Assembly (NCBI GenBank): GCA_964506865.1
Contig: CAZDNU010000264.1
Span: 1 to 24,020, forward strand
DNA length: 24,020 nt
Origin: an uncultured Fusobacteriales bacterium
Lineage (GTDB): Bacteria; Fusobacteriota; Fusobacteriia; Fusobacteriales; JAAYPW01
Direction of reading: 5' to 3'
Numbering within the stretch: position 1 is the stretch's first letter; each line of letters begins with the position of its first letter. Positions 1 to 9,000 of this stretch are shown here, piece after piece. Made by a program: the position numbers and the translations under genes. Under the pieces are notes generated by a model that saw only the letters and a program-made list of their open reading frames with translations, searched no databases and had not been told where the DNA came from.

Positions 1-3000
1 ATTATCTTTATCAGCTTTTACCAAAGTAACATAATGTTCTAAGTCAAACATTCCACTATCACCATTAGGATGACCTAGAGGTAATCCACTGATAATATCA
101 TTTGTAATTACACCACTTAAACCTTCATGCGTTAATACATCATAGTCTAAAAGATCAAATTCATGTATATCACCATTACTGTCTACATTGTCAGATAGTT
201 TAGCTCTTAAGATTAATGCAGCAATTTCTTCTGCATCTTTATCTCCATTAGCTGCATCTTCAAGAATATCCAGAAAATCTTTCTTAGATATTGAGTCTAT
301 ATTTTTATCGATTTTACTCTCTACTTGATTATCGATCTTATTCCTGCTATCTTCAGAGAGTTCTACAACAGCAGAATATTTGTATTCTTCCTCTAAGTTG
401 TATATGGTAGAAGTCTTAATAGCTGTATATGACTCTGTTTCTTTATCATATTTGATTATATCAGCATAATGATCTGTAAGATGATCTGTCAGATTTTTTT
501 TATATTTATCAAGAGCTCCTGCCTCACCATTTTGTTTTGCAGCATAATAGGCTCTTAATCCTGTATTCTGTGCATTAGTAATAGCATTAATCTGAGAAGT
601 AAGATCACTAATAATCTTTTTCTGTATTTTCTCTTTCTTAGTGTTATAATCTATACCTTGATAATCACTGGTAACTTCACTAAACATCTCTTCGTAATTA
701 TCACGTTGATAGATTAAATCCTGCTTAAGTGCTTCCATTTGAGTACTTAGTTCATCAACTGATAAATTTTTCCCTTTATTCAATAAGTTCATAACCAGTG
801 CAGGAGCCATTTTATCTGTTTGAATAGTGTTTGTATCACCAATCTTTACTTCGTGATAAGAGTACAGCTCTATAGAATCACGGATACCTTCATCATATTC
901 TAATTTTTCTCCTTCTTTAGATATAACCGTAAATTCTTCATATACTACTGTTTTAGTACCAAGTTCTGGATGCTCTTCTGAAATATTTTCTGTTTCTGTT
1001 CTAGTTGTAGCGAAGACAGAATCTCCTTCCATTGAAACCATTACCTTCATATTATTATCAGAAGCATCTAGGTCTGTAGTATTAAATACAGCTCCTTTAA
1101 TATCTATAAAATTACCAACTTTTTCATGTTCAAGACTGATTTGTAATACTTTACCATTTTCATCTTCACCAATTATTCCGGTATTTATATCTTCTTCGAA
1201 AGTACCCATCTCAACAATATTATCTAACATCTTTTCTTTGAAGTATTGAGTCTCTTCATAAGTTAAAGCTTCTCCTGTAACTATTTTTTTAGCAATAGCC
1301 ACTTCTTTACTACCTTCATTTTCCCATGATTTTACAAATTCATCTTTTACAAAACGTATTTGATCCCAGTCATTGATTAATGCATCTACATTTATTATAC
1401 CTCCTGCAGTAACATTGTTATATGCTCGTAGATCTTTTACTACATTATTTATTGTTGCTTGGTCTACATTACCTTGAGTATATATATTTTTCCAATTTCC
1501 AATCTCTTTTAATATATCAGCAACCTTATCTTCATCACTTAATGTTTTTACTTTCTTATGTACATTAAGCCCTTCGGATACTAATTGAGTAATATATTTT
1601 ACATCTGTAAAATCTGTTCTCACATGATGACCATCTTTTGGATTATAGTTATTTTGCCATAGATTAAATCCGTTATATGACTCTGCTTGATATTGTGATG
1701 TAGCATCAGAAACAAATGCTGTTCCTGACGCATTATGCTCATGCCTGCTAATATCATACACATATCCTACTTTTGCTCCAACATTAAAGTCAAGATATTC
1801 TGCATTTTCCTTATACTTTGCATCGGTTTTATCTGTATTAGCTTTAAACTTATACTGCGTTGCAAAGTCCATTCCAACAGCATTATAATAATCATCTGCC
1901 TTATCACCATATACATAATTTACTCCTGCAGTATTTATATATTTATCATTCTCATTTACTAACCAATTAACATCAGCTGCAACTTCTCGTCCACCATAAG
2001 TAACTGAAGCATTATTTGGCATCCAAGATGCATTACTGGAATTTGTTTCATATGTTAGTGATATACTAGAAGTTTCTCTTATGTTGGTCCAAGAGAATCC
2101 TTCCGATCTATCTATCATAAAATTAATATTTCCACCAAATCCCACAGTAGGGTCATATCCTGCTTCCAGACCAACCCCTCCTTTAGAAGTATCAAATACT
2201 AAACTACCGTACATAGAACTATTTCCAAAATCTTTTGAAAGTCTTAATTCACCTGCTGAATCAATTTTAAGTTTCATACCTTTATACTGTATTCCTCCTG
2301 CAACTGTTAGATCTCCACTGTCTAAGTTGTAGTTAAAACCTCCACCAACGTATTTGCTTACATTTGCAGAAGCTCCAACTGACTGTATAAACTGTCCTTC
2401 GGTACTTAATCCAATACTAAGATTCATAGTTTCATTTGCAAAAGGGAGAGGTATATTAAATTGTGCATTACCCATATCGATTAACTCTACAGTGGAAATA
2501 GCTGCATCTATTGCAGCAAACTTTAGTGTTGCCAGGAAAACATCTGCTGCTCCGGGAACTACAAACATAGAAGCAATAGATACTGCCGCATGAAGAGCTC
2601 CATACATTTTTTTCTTTTTTTCCAGTTTATTTTTTACTCTTACCAGATGATTAGACAGATTATCTAGTCTTAATTGTAAACCTTCATTTCTGCTATATTC
2701 CAACTCTTCTAATAAGTTGTCATATTCTGTTTGTAATCTATTTACTTCATTATTAATAAGGTCCACACTATTTTTTTCATCAAACATAAGAGCAAGACTT
2801 TTTAGATATAATCTGTAGTCTGCTTCTGTCATATCGTCAGCTGTAAGTTCATAGTTATTACTATTATTGATTGTATACAAGTAATTTTGTATCCAATCAT
2901 TATCAATAGGGAATACAGTCTTATTAATATTATCTATCTGTATGTTCTGATTGCTCTTGACTATACTGAAAAGACATACTATCCCTGATTCTGTACTAGT

Positions 3001-6000
3001 TGTTTTACCTGATCCTGTATTTATGGTTATAGCTGTTTCTGTACTACCCTCTATTAATCCTGTCATTACTTCACTTTGACCGTATTGGAAACTAGCTGTT
3101 TGTTTTGCTGGTTCAAATGAAGCTGATATACTATCTATAACAAAGAATCTACCTCTTACTCTTACTGGTGCCGGACGAATTGTCTTTTTATATGTAATAT
3201 CATACCAAAGAGAATAGTTAGCACCAGGAGGAGAGCCATATTGCTGACCGTCTGAACTATTAAAATCTTCTTCTCCTCTAATTAATACTGTACCTCCGGG
3301 TACATCTATCTCTATAGTTTTTCCTAGTGGATAAGGAAGTTGTGAAAGCTCTATAGGTCGGTAATTCTCTATTACTAGGTCTTTCCCATAAGCTGCGTTA
3401 TCGTTTTCCACTATTTTTTTCAAGAATATAGGGACATCTTCACCTTTTTTATTCTTTACAGTTCTGTAAATAGGGAATACTTTGGATATTTCATCTTTAG
3501 CATCTTGATCTCTATTATCTTTACTATTGTAATTATAAATTGCAACCTCATCATCGCCTACTTTTTCTACATCAATAATAGAACTACCGTCATAACTTAT
3601 CTTTGGTATAGGTATGGCATCATTATGGAATGTAAGGGTAGTCATACCAAAGTTTACTTCTGAATTATATAGATCTTGATACTCTGTAGCAAACTCTGTT
3701 GTAGACTTTTCATCAAAATCATATAGTGAATTCATTGTACTGTTAAATTCAGCTATATATGTAGGTGCTGTTTTTGCATCATAAAATTGTTCTTGGTTAT
3801 AGTCAGCAGTACCCTCTATTTTAAATAGATTTTCTTTGCTTCCTGTATTTCTATTTAAAGTAAGCTCGATCTCTTTTACCTTGTATGTTACCAGGGCATT
3901 TTCTATACCACTACCACAGAAATTCTCGTCACTATTACTATCTGCATCTATATCCAGTTGTTTCAAGAAATAGTTTTTAGCATAAGTATTAGCATTAACT
4001 ATATCATCTCGTGATGGGTTTAATATACCTGATCTTTTAGCCTTATCACTTGTGTATGATATATTTGGACTAGTCTCTTTTATATCCAGCTTTACTACTT
4101 GATGTATTGTCTCTACACCATTTACACTCGTCTTATATACTAACTTAGCATTATCTACAAAGTTTTCTATTCTATTGTAGTCAATGGCTCCACCTGTAAT
4201 ATCATCTGCTTCCAATTCCATTAATTCCACAAGATGAAACTTACTGTATCTTGCAGGAATATGTACTCTATTTAAGATTATATCTTTTGTAATAGATGTT
4301 TCTATATCCCAATTTGTATATACCGCAGCACTTGAAGTATATGTTCCGTTTTTAGTAGGTATATTTTGTAGCTCTATAATATACTTAGCATTTTCATCAT
4401 CTACATATGGAAAATATGACTCTGTATCAAGTGTAAGTGCTACATAGTTAAATCCAATACGTTTTAGTTCAAAACTATCTATCTTCTCCAGTGTTTTATT
4501 TACTATAGCAGGGAAATCGTCTCTTTGTACTACTACAAATCCATTCCTTGCATAAACTCCTTCACTAATAGAGTAATCAAACTCCTTTCTGGTATACAAG
4601 CTTAAATCAAATTTAGCATTATTACCATCTATTCTATCTAATTTCAAATCTCTGTTATAGTAATAACCATCTTGTACTGCCAAAGCATTATTCAATGCTT
4701 CAAAGGCTGTAGCTCCAGTAGGACTATCATATATATACTTGATATTTTCATCTGTAATATTAAGTTTTAATTTTAGATTTGAATATATTCCAGCAGGGTT
4801 ATCTTCTTTATTATAAGTAGATATATTTACTTTAGCATTAAAGTTAGACATAGCTTCTATAGGTCCTTGTTCCAAAACTATCTCTTCATCTACTATTCCT
4901 AATGCTCCTTCTGGTTGTAGTACAAATGAATTTACCTCTTTTTTCAGCTTAAAGAATATATCTTGTATCTCTCCTGCTACAGTTTGATATATTACCGCAC
5001 CCATAGTTGTAGGCTCAGAATTTAAATATTGGAAATTAAAATCCTCTTTTACAGTAATCTGTATACCTGATAGAGTATCAGTAAGCTTAATATTTGGTTC
5101 TATAGCAATGTATATATTTTTTTCTCCGCCTCCATCTTCACCATAGATAGAGTTAATATAGTTTCTATTCTCTTCCTCTTTAAATAAAGGGATCTCTACA
5201 AAGGTAGCCATAGGGCAGGCACTAAAATTTCTTCTTGAATAATTACTGATTAATCTACCAACAGATCCTTCAAATAGTACGCTGTCATCTGTATATATAG
5301 TTATCTTATCTTCATTATCATATCTGTCATAATTAACATATTGATCAAAGAAAGCTTGTGTAGAGCTTTGCGTCTCTAAGAAGTTTCCTTCTGATATACC
5401 GCTAAGTAAGTCTCTCGAATTAAAAGCTATTCTCAAGAATTGATTAGTTTCTTTATCCATATTAATTGGATATGTAATTATATTGCTTCCATTATTAGTA
5501 GTGTTATTTTTCATTTCATATTGTGAGAAACTAAGTGTATATCTTGAATTATTGTCTGCAGATAGTGATCTTCTTATAGAATTCACATTTACTATGATTT
5601 GAGGAAAGTTTTCTATCCCGTATACATTTTCATTATCTATATATTTAGTCATAGTATCTTGTATTATTTCCATTTCATCTTTACTTACTGCATCATCTAT
5701 AGATACAATCTCACTTTCGTCATCCACCAGTTCTACATAGTAATCTCTACTACTATATCCTGATATCTCGTCTGTTTCACATGCCAGGGAATAGTTTAAT
5801 ACTATTGTAGAATCATCTTTTAGACTAGGGTATTTTTCTAATGTAGTTTTTAACTTTGCTATCTCTATTACTATATAATAGTATCCATCTTCATCCGGAT
5901 ATATCTTATATAGGGTAGGGCTTCCATTAAAATCAATAAAGTATTCTCGTATACCTTGAGTAACAATACCGCCTTGTTCACCGTAAAATATAGAAAAATC

Positions 6001-9000
6001 AGATATTAATACGTTCTTTAAAGCTTTGTCATTATATTTATCTACTTTTATTTTGATATATTGTGTTTCATCTGTTTTTACAAGCTTAATTTTTTCATTG
6101 TCTATATCTCCACTTGGACTAGGCAAGATAATATCTGATGCAAAGTCAGTGGCAATCTGTTTATATATTCCAAAGATACGAATAGGGGAGTCAAAGTGAC
6201 TACTTACAGCACTTTCTACTTCCATATAATTATCCTGGAAATATTTACTTGTATTATTAAATTGATATTTTTGATTTATATCATTTTGTATTGCTTCTAT
6301 TATATTACTATCTGATACTTCATGGAACTGGTTTGTCACACCATCCATATTACCTGTATCTGTTTTCATACTGATAAAGTCTATATCTGTAACTTCTCCA
6401 TTTGTAAATTGGAACGGCATAATCTTTGTCTTTCCATCATTGGAGAAAGTATATGTTGGTGCAGGATTATCTTCATCAATATATGTTGTTCCCGGTAATA
6501 CACCATAAAATCCATCACTATCTTTAAACATAGGTATCGATAGGGGAATAATCTTATCAAGCAACTTAAATGGTTTTATTATTTCACTTCCATCTTCTTG
6601 TATCTGTTTGGCTATACCATAATATATTATTTGACTACCATAATCAAATGCACTATTTATCTCTACATCATCACATGGCAAGTTATTTAAGAATACTAAT
6701 TCTTTAAATTGTGTCTCTATAGCTTGGTAATTTTCTGTAGCTTCATCTTCAAAATTATGTTTTAGATTGAGTAGAGTGATTTTTGAATAGAAAGCTTTTT
6801 CAGGATCACCTTTCACTATTTCTGATACATTATTGTATGCTTCATTAGACTGGTTTGCATAGAATTTTTCTACTTCCAAAGCTTCTTGTACACTTGATAG
6901 GGGATTTTGATTCTCTATCTTATCAATATTTTCTATTTCAGATGCAATTGCTTTGGCTATTCTTGCAAAATTAATAGCTGTTTCTGCTGTAAGGGCATTT
7001 TGTCTTGCTGTTTCCAATCTATCTTTATAGTCTTGTAGTAGTTTATAGTAATTAGTTTGTGTATATAGATTAAAGTTAGCTTCTCTTGTCTCTTTATTTG
7101 GGTTTACAAAGTTTACAGAATACCCATATTTTGAAATATATTTCTTAGAAGAGTGAGCTATTATATCTACTAAGTTGATCATAGAAGTATTATTTTCATA
7201 AGCTCCTTCAGTTGCCTTCATTGATATCACTTTTGCAATATCTTCCATAATATTTTCTTTAGCTTTCTCTAAATTTATTTGAGGGTTCTCTTCTATGTAT
7301 ATCTCTTCCAGTACTCCTTCGCTATTTTTTTTATAAAAATAGAATTCAATCTCAAATTGAGGTATTATACCAACAGTGCTTTCTGCTTCCGGGGTCAGAC
7401 TTTTAAAGTTTACCTCATTACATTGATATACCACATATTCTTCTAGTGAATTACCCATACTATCTGTAAGAGGGATTTTACCTTTAATATATGTTTTGGC
7501 ATCATCCAGCAATACTATTCTTGTTTCTGTAAACTCTTTGCTGACTATATTGCTATCATCATGTATTAGGGTAGGTTTTGAATTTACTAACACAGATGGT
7601 ATCAATGCATTATTTAATGTTTCTTCCGAATCATCTATTAAGTCTAATACTTGTCGAGTATTTATATCTATTCCTATTATTTTTTTATAGAATGTATACC
7701 TATCACCAAAGTAGGGAATAGTATCTTGACCTACTGTATATTGTGATAAGTCATTCATAACAAATAGGGTATTTGGTAACTTAGTAAGACCTTTTTCTAT
7801 TGTGTTTAATGCTGTATACTCATCTGTTTGATTATCTCTTGCATGTAAACTTACTTTATTAAAGTCAAATATCTTATATCCTCTTAATGGTCCTGCTTTT
7901 TCGGTAATATAGAATTTCTTACACTCTTCCGGTATTATATCAAAACCACGATTGGCATCTGCTTTTTTCCAATGAGTATTTAGTTTTTCTGCATTATTAA
8001 AGATGTTAACAGATATACCATCAAATTTTGTAGAAGATAAGTTTTCTAATTTGTCAATATTTTCTTTTTTTGATACAGAGGGCATAATTGTATAAAATAT
8101 TTCTTCAGGGGTTTTTTCTATATATTCATCCATTGGCATTGTGTATACAAGGGCGCTATCAGTAGTAGCTGTACTTTTATCACTATATTCACTTCGTAAG
8201 CTTAAATTTAATAATGGCTCTCCAGGACCTATAGTTTGTTTTTCTAAATGTGAGTAAAATCTAATTTCAGCATTATCTTGAGTGTACCATATCCAATTAT
8301 CACCAAAGTATTCATCATATATTGATTGATTGCTATGTACTAAATCTTTAGATGAATCTATATTATTATTAAATTCTTTTTCCAGTATTTTTTGAAAGTC
8401 TTCATAATTAGCACTATTCACTTTGTTTAAATGGAAATTAGTTCTAATGCTAAAATCTATATCATATTTTTTACCTGGTATCATAGCACCTATTTTACTT
8501 ACTTTTAGATAATCGGCTAAAATATTTGGTAGGTAACATTCATTTAAAGTAGTATTTCTAATATCTATCTCCACGTCATAATCAAATATTAGATCATATG
8601 TTTTATTTACAACGTTTCGAAATTTATTTTTATATTCAAAGACAACATCATTGGCTCCATTTTTACTAAATGCTGTTCTTTCTATATTACTGTATGAGAT
8701 TCGATCCCATTGGTTTTTATCTTCTTGTGTTATAGTAGGCGGTTCAAATAGCTTTGTAGCCATATCACTTTGCTCTATAGTAGTAATATATAACGTATCA
8801 CTACTATATTCATCGGTACTATTCAAGGCATAGATACCGTAAGTATATGGATTATTGTAGCCAATAGGGGCTACAAATATATTTTGATTTGAAACAATTT
8901 CTTCTGTTTCTTCCAGTACATCATCCAAAGTTTTTTCTTCTTCGTCAGATATATTTCCTTGATCTTTTTCTACATTTATTGAAGGATTAGAACAAATTTT

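Noticed and set aside
469-492. 12-bp tandem repeat ATGATCTGT(A/C)AG encoding LTDH-LTDH
   Set aside because: Only two imperfect copies; a local micro-duplication with no evident function.
2520-2625. Internal KKKKMYG/ALHAAV.. resembles a class III (prepilin) signal that the neighbouring A24 peptidase might cut
   Set aside because: It is about 2,830 aa into a Sec-exported chain, whereas A24 enzymes cut N-terminal leaders at the cytoplasmic face. There is no G/F..E5 consensus. The 62-aa peptide also lacks a hydrophobic pilin helix.
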